From: Squalus acanthias
Lineage: Eukaryota
Assembly (NCBI GenBank): GCA_030390025.1
Contig: CM059438.1
Span: 66,156,001-66,220,000, forward strand
Length of the DNA stretch: 64,000 nucleotides
Reading direction: 5' to 3'
Below, piece by piece: positions 52,415 to 63,569 of this stretch. How positions within the stretch are numbered: position 1 is the first letter of the stretch; the number at the start of each line of letters is the position of its first letter. The notes beneath the pieces are model-generated. The model did not search any database and was not told the origin of the DNA. It worked only from the letters and a program-made list of their open reading frames with translations. Made by a program: the position numbers and the translations under genes.

Positions 52415-53172
52415 TAGAAATTCGGCCAAGTAGCACCTGGCTTTTTGGTGCTATGGGTGCCGTTTTGTGTCCAAAATGGCATCTGCACCGCGCGCGCACA
52501 ATTCTGGTGCAGGCCGCGCTGGATGCCATCTTGGTAAAGGTCAAACAAGAGGCGTCCTTTACCCACATCTGAAGCAGGCGTTAATCCATTAACATATGCA
52601 AATAAGGGGCCTAAGACCTGCTTCTGCTCCCACTTGCAACTTTGGTTTGTGTCTGAGGCAGCCAGCACCAGTGCTGATCGCCTCCGGGAAAACCAAAGCT
52701 AAACAGCGCGTAATTAAAAAAAGGTAAGTATTTATCATAATCATCGCCGCCCCCAGTCCCGAGATCTCCGAACTCACTCCTGACTCCGACCTCCAGGCTT
52801 CTCCAATCTCCCCCCAGCCCCAGTCCCAAAATCCTAGCCATGCTCCCCACCCCCTGACAGCACTCCCGACCCCCAATAATACTCCAGACCACCACGATTT
52901 TCACCCCCGGCCCCCGACAGTCCTTTGATCGCATTTGGAGGCCCAGCCATTCCTCCTCCAGACTACTGTGATCTTCTGCCCCAGGCCCCCGCAATCTTAC
53001 CTCAAAATTGGAGCACTAACTTGTGCAGGCTCCTACCACTGGTGGCATCTACATGATAATGAGATCCAAGGCCCAAAATCCCGGGCTCCTCGGACTTCCC
53101 CATTTGAGCATGGCCCTTTGGCACTCTGCGGGTAAGGCGCCCAAAAATGGATTATCCAGAATTTCTAGGCCC
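52415..53172. mobile_element. MITE-like GC-rich element
   Basis: Termini TAGAAATTCGG.. / ..CCAGAATTTCTAGGCCC; internal CCCC-GATC/ACTCC degenerate repeats. Confidence 0.5.
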
Positions 53173-53429
53173 CTGTATTGTGAAACATGACTACCTTAGA
53201 AATGCACCTATACTACACAATGACATAGCGGGATCAGTCAGGTGGCTTTTCCAGGATTGAGAATGGGGACATTTGAATATTAGAGATCTCAGAGGGAGGT
53301 AACAACATTTCAGAACAAAATGGCCTCTCTATCCCAACGGTGATGGCTTCCGCTCTAATCTGCGAACCGCAATGAATTTTAAAGCAAGGAACAAAGAGAG
53401 CTGGGATACAAAGCAGTCAACAGAGTAAT

Positions 53430-54475
53430 AAAGAAAGAATTTGCATTTATATTGCACTTTCCAGACCTCAGGACATCAGCTTCATAGCCAGTGAATTACT
53501 TTTGAAGTGTGGTCACTCTTGTAATGTAGGGAATCACAGCAGCTGATTTGTTTACAGCAAGGTCCCACATATAATGACTGGATAATATGTTTTAAGTGAT
53601 GTTGGTTGAAGGCTAAATGCTGGCTAGAACACCGGGAAGAACTCTCTTGCTCTTCTTTGAAAAAAGTGCCGTGGCATCTTTTATGCCGATGTGAGGGGAC
53701 AGAGTGGGCATCAGTTTAACATCACATCCGAAAGGTGGTACCTCTAACAGTGCAGCACTCCCTGAGTACTGCACCAAAGCATCAGCCTAGATGATGTGCT
53801 CAAGTCTCTAGAGTGGAACTATGACCGTCTGACTCAGAGAGGTGTAAAGAAGTCTTACTCCAATTATATAGGGCCTTGGTGAGACCACACCTGGAGTACT
53901 GTGTACAATTTTGGTCTCCTTACCTAAGGAAGGATATACTTGTCATACAGGGAGTGCAATGAAGGTTCACGAGATTGATTCCTGGGATGGCGGGACTGTC
54001 GTATGAGAAGAGATTGAGTAAACTAGGCCTGTATTCTCTTGAATTCAGAAGAATGAGAGGGGATCTCATTGAAGCATACACAATTATTATAGGGCTTGAT
54101 AGGGTGGATGCTGGGAGAATGTTTCCCTTGGCTGGGGAGTCTAGAACCAGGGGCCACAGCCTCAGGATAAAGGGTAGGCCATTCAGGACTCAGATGAGAA
54201 GAAATTTCTTCACACAGAGGGTGGTGAATCTTTGGAATTCTCTACCCCAGAGGGCTATGGAGGCTCAGTCATTGGGTATATTCAAAACAGAAGTCGCTAG
54301 ATTTCTGACTAGTAAAGGCATCAAGGGATATGGTGATAAGGCCGGTGAATGGAGTTGAGGCAGAAGATCAGCCATGATCTCATTGAATGGCGGAGCAGGC
54401 TCGAAGGGCCGAATGGCCTACTCCTGCTCCTATTTCTTATGTGCTTATGCTGCCACTGAGCCAAGGTTGGCAGAC
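53430..54475 (-). mobile_element. Deu-SINE (minus) whose tRNA head is split by a plus-strand CR1 3' fragment (about 53845-54449)
   Basis: SINE reads ..GACTCAGAGAGGTG, then CR1 (ORF 53975-54358), then resumes GCTGCCACTGAGCCA. Confidence 0.75.
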
Positions 54476-54860
54476 ACAAGTTTTTGAGCTCACTGATCAT
54501 TCAACGATAGCCTCAGAGCTGCTTAACAATAATACCAAATAAATCCTCAGATTATTTGCTGGCTTGCACCAAGCAAGCGTGATGAGCAGAGTTCCCGCTG
54601 AGGTGCGCACCGTGGCCTGAGAGGTCCCGCGTAGGCCGCTCACCGGCTTTTCCATTGTAGATACCGCACACGCGCAAAAGTTTGAATGGGCCGCGCATTG
54701 GGGGAGGCAGGCCGCGCCGGAGGCAGTGCAGCTTATGGGGGCATTGACGTTGAGGAATTTCTTTCTCACCACACAATAGATTATATTTGTGCAATAACTG
54801 TCTGCGACAATTAATTGTGCATGGTGATTTGTATTCAGTGCACTGAATCTACTTTCTTGT

Positions 54861-54882
54861 TATATATATATATATATATATA
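54861..54882. repeat. (TA)n microsatellite
   Basis: About 11 TA units. Confidence 0.9.
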
Positions 54883-55380
54883 GTGCCCTGTAATCATCCT
54901 ATAATTATGTATTTAGCGGTGCTACATCAGTTTAGAAAAGATGACCATCAATCAAAGCTTATGCTTTATAAGCACCATGTTCTTGCATTTCTCGACCTTT
55001 TTATTAACATTTCCAAATAAGCTGCTTAAGAAGTATTTGTTGGAAAGCTGTCATTTCTTTTAGAATTAATGTCAAATTAAATAAAATCTTGTAAGAATCT
55101 AAAGCAGAACTTTGGACCACAAGTTTGGAAAGGGATTGTCCTCGACACTGACCTTGTGTTGGCACCTGTGATAATCCTAGTGATTAAATGGCGTGGGTCT
55201 CTTGATGGGGAATGCATGTGATTCCTTGATTGTAGAAAGTTTCACTTCACATTAAAATGTGAGATTTACGGCACATCAGGAGATAAAGAACAATGGTGAT
55301 GATATAATGAGCTGTCACTTTCTTCACTTTTTGATAATTAAATATTTTTGATAACAGGATGACTGATCATATTAACTATG

Positions 55381-55726
55381 AGAAGTCGCACAACACCAGG
55401 TTATAGTCCAACAGATTTATTTAAAATTACAAGCTTTCGGAGCGATCGATCGCCCCTTCTTCAGGTAAAGTTACTATGAGTGAATCTACAAAAATTCACA
55501 GAATATAAACACAGAAAAAATGCAGAGATACAATCTTTCAATCTTTCTGTGTTTATATTCTGTGATTTTTTGTAGATTCACTCATAGTAACTTTACCTGA
55601 AGAAGGGGCGATCGATCGCTCCGAAAGCTTGTAATTTTAAATAAATCTGTTGGACTATAACCTGGTGTTGTGCGACTTCTCATTTTTGTCCACCCCAGTC
55701 CAACGCCGGCATCTCCGCATCATGAC
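55381..55726 (+). mobile_element. Palindromic Penelope-like insertion with 13-bp TSD
   Basis: TSD CATATTAACTATG at 55368-55380 and 55727-55739; 140-bp arms (55378-55517 / 55544-55683, 1 mismatch); 26-nt loop; unpaired tail of about 43 nt. Confidence 0.88.
55593..55634 (+). ncRNA. Minimal type-I hammerhead ribozyme motif (mirrored on the minus strand)
   Basis: UUAC-CUGAAGA-A-GGGGCGA(UCGA)UCGCUCC-GAAA-GC-UU/GUAA; predicted cleavage between 55630 and 55631. Confidence 0.72.
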
Positions 55727-55999
55727 CATATTAACTATGTTATTGTACATCACACTTTATGCATTTATTTTCTGGGCTTTTTTTGTTGAGCATGGAACTC
55801 CCTCTTTTGAAAGTATATTTCCTCAGTTACTCAGCCTGCTCCACAGCAGCTCTACCCATAGAGTACCATGCCCTAATCTTTCCCAGGATCGGAAAGCTAT
55901 GGAACTCCTTACCTCGCTCAGCCTACCCTTCCTCTTGTAATCAGCAGGCTTTTAAAATCCAAGTTTGGAGTCAACCAGAGCACCCTTTTTGGAATTCTT

Positions 56000-57590
56000 G
56001 TCAGCCGTGGCTCAGTGGGTAGCACCCTCGCCTCTGAGTCAGAAGGTTGTGGGTTCAAGCCCCACTCCAGAGACTTGAGCACAAAATGCTAGGCTGGCAC
56101 TCCAGCGCAGTGCTGAAGGTGTACTGCGCTGTCAGAGGTACCGTCTTTCGGATGAGACATCAAACTGAGGCCCCATCTGCCCTCTCGGGTGCACGTAAAA
56201 GAATGGAGTAGCTCAAGTCAGAAAGGTAATGCATTTCTTGAGTGCATTCAAGATAGTTTTCTGGAGCAATGTGTTCTACAACCAACAAGAAGGAAGGCCA
56301 TACTAGCGTTAGTAGTGAGTAATGAGCCAGACGTAGTTAATGTTCCCGCACTGTTAGATTATTAATTAACAGCGGTGAACATAATATAATCGAATTCAAT
56401 GTTAGGTTTGAAAAGGAGAAAGTTAGTTACGAAGATTCTATATTTTGGTAACGGGATGAGACAGAGACTGATGACAGCAAACTGGGCAAAACTGTTATCA
56501 GGTAAAACTACAGATGAACAGTGGGAGGTGTTCAAAAAAGAATTTAGCTTAATACAGGATCAGTATATACTCCTAAGGGGCAAAAGCACTAATTGCCAAA
56601 TAAGGAAATGGCAAACTTGTTGCATAATTACTTTGTCAGTGAAGGTGCAAAGAGATTTAGGGGTCCATTAACGCAAATCGCTAAATTTAGTAGTCAGGTA
56701 CAAGGAATAATCAAAAGGCTAATGGAATGTTAGCGTTTACAACTAGAGGGCTAGAATATAAAGAGGATAACATTTTGCTGCAGCTATACAAAGCCCTGGT
56801 TAGACCACATCTGGAGCACTGTGTACAAAGGATATATTGGCCTTGGAAGGAGTGCAGCACAGATTCACCAGAATATTACCAGGGCTCCAAGGGTTAGATT
56901 ATGAGGAGAGATTTCAGGCTTGTATTCCCTGGAATATAGAAGGTTAAGGGGTGATTTGATTGAGGTTTTTAGAATTTTGAAAGGAATTGAAAGGGTAGAT
57001 AGAAATAAACTTTTTCTGCTGGTAAGGGAGTCGAGGACAAGGGGACATAGCTTTAAAGTCAGAACAAGGTCATTCAGGAGAGAAGTTAGGAAACACTCCT
57101 TCACACAATGGGTAGTAGAAGTGTGCAATTCTCTCCCACAAAAAGCAGTAGATGCTAGCTCAATTAATAATTTTAAATCTGAGACCAATAGATTTTTGCT
57201 AGACAAGGGTGTTAGGGGATAAGAGCCAAGGCGGGTGGATGGAGCTAGGATAGATATCAGCCACGATCTCATTGAATGGCAGAACAGGCTCGAGGGACTG
57301 AATGGCCTACTCCTGTTCCTATGTTCTATGGCACTATTTCGAAGAAGAGCAAGGGAGTTCTCCCTCGTATCCTGGCCAATATTTATCACTCAACCAACAT
57401 CAAAAAGAGATGATCCGGTAATTACCCCATTGCTGTTTCTGGGACCTTGCTGTGCACAATTTTGCTGCCGTATTTCCTACATTAAAACAGTGACTACACT
57501 TCCAAAGTACTTCATTGGCTGTAAAACGCTTTGGGACGTCCTGAGGTTGTGAAAGGCACCATATAAATGCAAGTCTGTCTTTTTCTTTCG
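56000..57590 (+). mobile_element. Deu-SINE split by an internally deleted CR1 (about 56202-57327)
   Basis: SINE 5' half ends GCACGTAAAAG and its 3' half resumes ATGGCACTATTTCGAAGAAGAGC. The insert joins APE-region sequence to the CR1 3' end. Confidence 0.78.
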
Positions 57591-59467
57591 TGCTATTTCA
57601 ACCTAGGTGGTGCCCTTTGCCCAGAATTCCCAGCCAGTGCTGCTCTGCGATCTGAAACGAGCCGCTTGGGGGTAGGTTAAAAGGAATGCAGGGCGATTGT
57701 CCTGTCCTGATATTCCACCCCTCCCTTGGGAAAACAGCAAACAGCAGCTTACTTGAGATCTCTCGGGAATTGTTGCACCATTCTACATTACCAACTGTGG
57801 ATGTCCACATGTATAATGGGTACATTTCACTGTGTTATATATTTCAAAATGTGACCGATACATTTATTTATGTGATGCATACAAATTTGCTGTATGAGAT
57901 GTTGAATTCTTAAATGCGCTAACAATTTTTGCACTGTTTTTTTTTTCCAGCCTCTCTGCTCCCTTTTTACATGTTTTATTTTCATTCAATTTGTGATTAT
58001 GGAAAAATTCTTTGAAAAAAAAATTCAACTGTTCAGTTCCAGACTTGAAACAAAATTATAATTTGACTTTTTAAAAGCACTAATTTCCTCTCCTCCTGAC
58101 CGATAAATGTCTGCAACTCTCCGGAAGAACTTAAACGTCTCCATGGCTGATGATTCCTAATTCGTTAGATTAAGATTCAACTTACATGATGGGAAGTCTG
58201 TATCTAATTTAAAGCCCGGACAGTTTCCTATCTCTAGTAATAAACGGTTGTGCACGCCAAGAATCCCGACAGTCTGAAGCTCCTTCTTGAGAGCGAACGC
58301 AGTGTAAAATGCCTTTGTACGGTCAAAGTTGGTTAAAATTCATGGAAGCTGCAGTCAGCTCGCATTGCAGTGGTATGAAGTGGGTATTTCTTCACAAGAC
58401 ATCTCTTCACGGTGGAGCACACAAAAAATGGGAAATTGTTTTTAACTTAACGTGGGACAGAAATCATTTCTAATGCACACCTGTCCTTGGAACTGAAACA
58501 CCGACCAAAAAAACCCACTTGTCAATTAAATTCTACCTGTCCCAGATGCAACTGAAACATCCGATGCACAGAAGCAAACCAGTCATATAACGTGTTGAAT
58601 TGTTGGCTCCTCAAGTCTCAGCAAACACCAAACTAGTGCTACTGGTTGAACTTCCTCGATAAAATGTGCAAGTTGATTTATCTTCCTGTATTTTCTGACA
58701 ATCATTTCCCAGTGAGTCAGATTATATGTCAGTGTGTCATAATATAAAAAATATTTTTTCTGTAAATTATGCACCTCTGGCATCTGGGCTTGTCAATCAT
58801 ACTTTATCTTCAAAAAAAATCACTTGTTATTTGAGCCTTACTTGTGTAGGAGTTGTTCAGTGCTTTCCATGTGATGTGATCTTAGCTGTTTTATAATGTT
58901 GTCTTTTTCACTGCTCCAAAACCATCAACAGCGAGTTGTTATGATCTGGAATGTACTGCCTGGAAGGGTGGTGGAAGCAGATTCAATAGTAACTTTCAAA
59001 AGAGAATTGGATAAATGCTTGAAGGCGAAAAAAATACAGGCTGTGGGGAAAGAGCAGGAGCGTGGGATTAATTGGATAGCTCGTTCAAAGAGCCGGCACA
59101 GGCACGATGGGCCAAATGGCCTCCTTCTGTGCTGTATCGTTCTATGATTCTAATGCAGTAAAAAGATTCTGGGCCTTCAGTATGTTGACAACCTGGGTGA
59201 AATTGGAGCTGTGCACAAGCAGAAGAACAAGCAAGCTAACATTCGCATTGAGAGAGCTGCTACCATGTGTACAGGGCCATTATGGATTGACTTGGCTTCT
59301 TGAGTTGCCTGCCTTCAGGTTAACATCAGGACCTTAAGCATACTGTTGTGGAAGGGCAAATGCTGCCTGCCACTGTTATCCAGTGAGCAGCCAGCTTTCA
59401 CGTGAGTTGCTTTCTTACAATAAATTTGACTGATAATATACCCTGAGTAACCCTGATAGCATTGAGC

Positions 59468-60645
59468 TGTCAGGCAATCCAATGGCGGTTTTGATCCGAG
59501 CCCAATTGCTAGACGGACGGTTCGAATCGCCCCCGCCTTACGAAAGTTCTATACCCGGGAATTATTATTCAGAGTGTAAATGAAATAAGTCACGGACAGG
59601 AATGCTTCGGTGAAAAATCAAACTTAAATTTATTTGGTCTAACATACACTGGCTAAAACATTCACTACTATCAAAATCACTGTCTCTGTGGAGAATAAGA
59701 TCCAGGTTACAAACAACATACATACAGTACACAACTGGGGACTATAACATGCAGTAATTCCCTTGTTGCTATGGTGGACTCTAACTCCACCCCTACCAAC
59801 GAATTATCCAGTCGCATAAGCCCCTTCGCCTGGCTGAACCAAACGAAGCTTCCACCCCGGAATAGCCCAAAAAGACTTCACTTCTGAGAAAATATCCGGC
59901 TTGGGACACTCGAGACCATGCTTACCACCACACACAGTCAGTCTCGATCGCTCCGCTCAGCGGCTTCTTCCTCTGGTACTTCTTCTTGTTAGGTCAATCT
60001 TGGTGGAGCGAGAGCGAGAGAGAGAGATAATGGTGGGAAAGGATCTATCTATATAGGAATTCTTGCTACTCCTATCTTTCCTGCCAATCTTTAAAATCCT
60101 TTTGTTTCTAAGCACTCCGGTGCTTAGTCAGTGATGGGCCATCATCAGACCCATGAGTATTCCGTGATTGGACTAATGGCCCTAAGTCTGGGACATATTT
60201 CGATCTTTGTGTTGGGAAAAACTGGCTCCTCTTCGGCTGGCTATGCTAGTGGGTTCATTGTTCTGCTTCACTTCTGAGATGGAGGTGAGAAGTGCTTTTG
60301 CATATTAGAGTGGCTTTCTAATAGGTTCAAGTTCAACGGGTGCCTCAGGGTCCTCAGCCCCTTCGTCAATGGCCCCCCCCTTCCTTTTTCCAGGACTGTT
60401 GGGCGAACCCATACATTCTGGATGACTGACAGTTCTTTTGTCACAGCCAACTGCCATGCATTCTCTGGAGTTTTAACGAACCAGTTTTTCATGTATCTGC
60501 ACAGGGCGATCCCATCACAGGGAAAATACCCTCAGAAAAATCCCATAAAGTCCATAAAATATTCTCGACTGAGTCCATTCTTCAAACAGAGACTTTGCGA
60601 TCTCTTCAAGTTTTTGCTTAGAATTTCAATCATCTGGTAAAAACA
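59468..60645 (-). mobile_element. LTR-like sequence (minus strand); 5' boundary uncertain
   Basis: Starts TGT at 59468; minus-strand AATAAA near 59630 and TATA-like sequence near 60050. It shares a 13-nt motif with the LTR at 61345-62447 at the same distance from the end. No matching TSD found. Confidence 0.55.
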
Positions 60646-60955
60646 TGTTTCCAAGTGGAAGAGCATAGTCTCAGGATAAGGGTTCGGCCATTTAAGACTG
60701 AGCTGAGGAGGAATTTCTTCACTCAGAGGATTGTGAATCTTTGGAATTCTCTGCTTCAAAGGGTTGTGGATGCTGAGTCGTTGAGTATTTTCATCTAAGA
60801 TAGATAGATTTTTGGACTCATGGGGAATCAAGGGATATGGAGATCAGGTGGGAAAGTGGAGTTGAGGTCGAAGAACAGCCATGATCTTATTGAATGGCGG
60901 AGCAGGTTCGAGGGGCCTTATGGTCTACTCCTGCTCCTATTTCTTATTCTTATGG
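60646..60955 (+). mobile_element. CR1 3' fragment
   Basis: HSLRIRVRPFKTELRRNFFTQR followed by the CR1 3' UTR. Confidence 0.8.
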
Positions 60956-61344
60956 ATATTTTCCAGTTAATGCCAGCTGCCATTAAATGCTTTGGAGAAG
61001 TCATCCTTGGTCTCTTGTTGCACTGTTTGGTCCTGCTGGTTGAAATACAGAGGAAGGCTAGAAAGGGAGTTCTTTTTCATCTAGGACTATCCAAAAAAAA
61101 ATACCATGCTTGTTACTTATTAATTGGCAGAGTTTTTATGTATGCTTTCACCATTCTATTCTATTTTGTTCTGATCCTGTCCTCATCTGACATTCACCCC
61201 TTCCAGCAGGGGACACTGCAGAGTGCACAAGTTAAGAGTGGAAGCCCTGACTCATTTCCCCACCCTAGCCCAAGGTACTGAGGCCAGCTGCTGTCCTATC
61301 GCTGCTGAGACCAGTTGACTTGGTGGACACTGCAGACTGAATAT

Positions 61345-62447
61345 TGTAAAGTTTCCAAAATTTGCAGATCCCCAAAAATCTAAGGAAAAAGGACTTTGGA
61401 ACTACCCCAGATTGATAAAAATGCATTTGGGCCTAACATAAGGAATTTAAGACCAAAACCAAGCTTTGGCATTTTAAAAGGCTGGAATTCAAGCCCCAGC
61501 AAACATTAACATTTAGACAATAGGCCCTGGAAAAAGGCAGCCCCACCCAAAACACAGAACCCATTAAAGAGACACATAAAGATAGGAGTGCTAGGCCCAG
61601 CAAGAAACCCAAAACATGAGGACAATGCAAACTCTGATTAAACAACAGATCGACAGGACGCAAGCCATTTGACACTCAGTAAAAAGCCATTACTGTTGAC
61701 GAGGTCTTACAATGACCAGGATTTGATTTGGTTTAGCATAATTGAAGGCCCATCAAGCAGTTACAACAGTTCAGTAAGAAGAGAGTTCAGAACATTTTAA
61801 CACCAAGTTAAACCCATCAAAACTTAACAAGCCCGCAAAACCAAGACAATGGAATGCAAGGCCTCAACTGAAACCAAATCACTTCAGCACAAAACCATTT
61901 TTAGTAAGGGGTTCTGGGAGCGAAAAGAACAAAGGGGCTGAACAAGTATAATTGGGGGGCCTAATTCCCCAAGAGGCCCTCTCTCCGGACTCTCTGACAA
62001 CGCTGGCACAGCTCCCTCTCGGCTCTGTTCCAGAAGCAGCACGTTCCAGGAAGACACTCGACGACCAGACCACCATCGCAATCAACTTACCTGGCTGGAT
62101 TTCGCACTGTTAAAACCCCTGTTTGGTGAGCATTATCCCTGATCTCCTGAAACCGAAACCTAGCTAGATAGTGGGATTTTTGGGAGGGATAAGGGTTTTT
62201 GTATATTGTCATTCTCCCGCGCCTGTACCGTGTGTTCCCCAACCTGTTTAAGTGTTAAGTGTGTTTTAAGTTTGTTACCTTTTTCTTTTAATAAAAGTCA
62301 AAATTCTTTCATCGGAACCTGTTGTCTACTGCATCTTTATTCACAACCCCTAAATAAGTCCAAGGTCTGAACCTGGGGAATGGGAGCGATTCGAACCGCT
62401 CACTGAGTCAGGGGTAAGGCTGACCCCTACCACCACTGCCCCCTACA
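61345..62447 (+). mobile_element. Solo LTR (1103 bp) of an LTR retrotransposon or ERV
   Basis: TGTA...TACA termini; 4-bp TSD ATAT (61341-61344 and 62448-62451); TATAAT near 61947; AATAAA near 62290. Confidence 0.85.
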
Positions 62448-63569
62448 ATATCGGACTTTCTTGCTCTGTACGGCTCACCTGCTTGTTGCCTTAATCAGCT
62501 GGGGAAGACCTGCCGCTCTGTACTCTAGTCAAAGAAGAAGGGAAAAAAGCCCATGAAGCCTAGGTTTGTTTCTGTAATACAGGCAGGATCGCATTGCTTC
62601 ATCAACATGTTTGACGATGACAAGCTGCTGATGAATCTTTCCAAAGCAGTTAATGGCAGCAATTGGGTAAGTGGCAAGCATCCATTCTGAGACTTATATT
62701 AATCCTACACCAGAATGTTAATAAATTACGGCTCAGAACTAAACAGTCGAAGACTCGGGACTGTTGCATGTGATTAATGAAAAGTTGCTCGCAGTGCAGA
62801 GTTTTTATTTAAACCCCGCATGCAGATGTGCGATGTATCAGAGTAGCTTCCTCGCTGAAGATCTCTTAATTTCGGCAAACAAGGACATGCAATCACAAAA
62901 GGTGAATTACACCAGACTGGGCTCCGGTACAGATGCAGCCAGTAAAAGGCCAGCCAATTACTTCACACTAAATTAATCAGTGGCTTTGCTGGCAACAGCT
63001 GTCTATGTTTTCTGCATCAACGTCGTAAACATTTTCAATGATGAAAAGTGTGTTCAATATTTTATGAAAAGGCACAGTAAAAATGAGTGAATTTACTGTC
63101 AGAATTTAGGGTTATTTTGCCCTCAGTTTTGCCATGTAATTTTGATGGCGTGATAAAATTTTCAAGTTTTCAGAGATTAAATTTTATATGGATCACTTGT
63201 GCTTTATGAAAAATATTGTTGGTCTCATAAACTGCATCAGTTCTTTGTCGACGCTATAAACAATTCATTTTTCCAATTATATTCCGGTTTATGCCAACAT
63301 TTATTCTTCTTAAACTAAATTCACCAAATGCAGGTAGTTAAGTTTTACTATGTTGGGTTTTGTTATGTGGGGGGTCATGATACACTGGCATTAAAGCCAG
63401 GGTTTATGCCTTTGTGAAACTGGTGCAGGAACACTTCACAGCACCATGTGACGTCACTCAATCTGTGTAGCCAAGGGTGGCAAGAAGTGACAGTTAAACA
63501 CACAAGAAATGTCACCATTGATCCATTGATACAATCAGAGAAACAGATTGAAAGCAGGATCATGCATTT

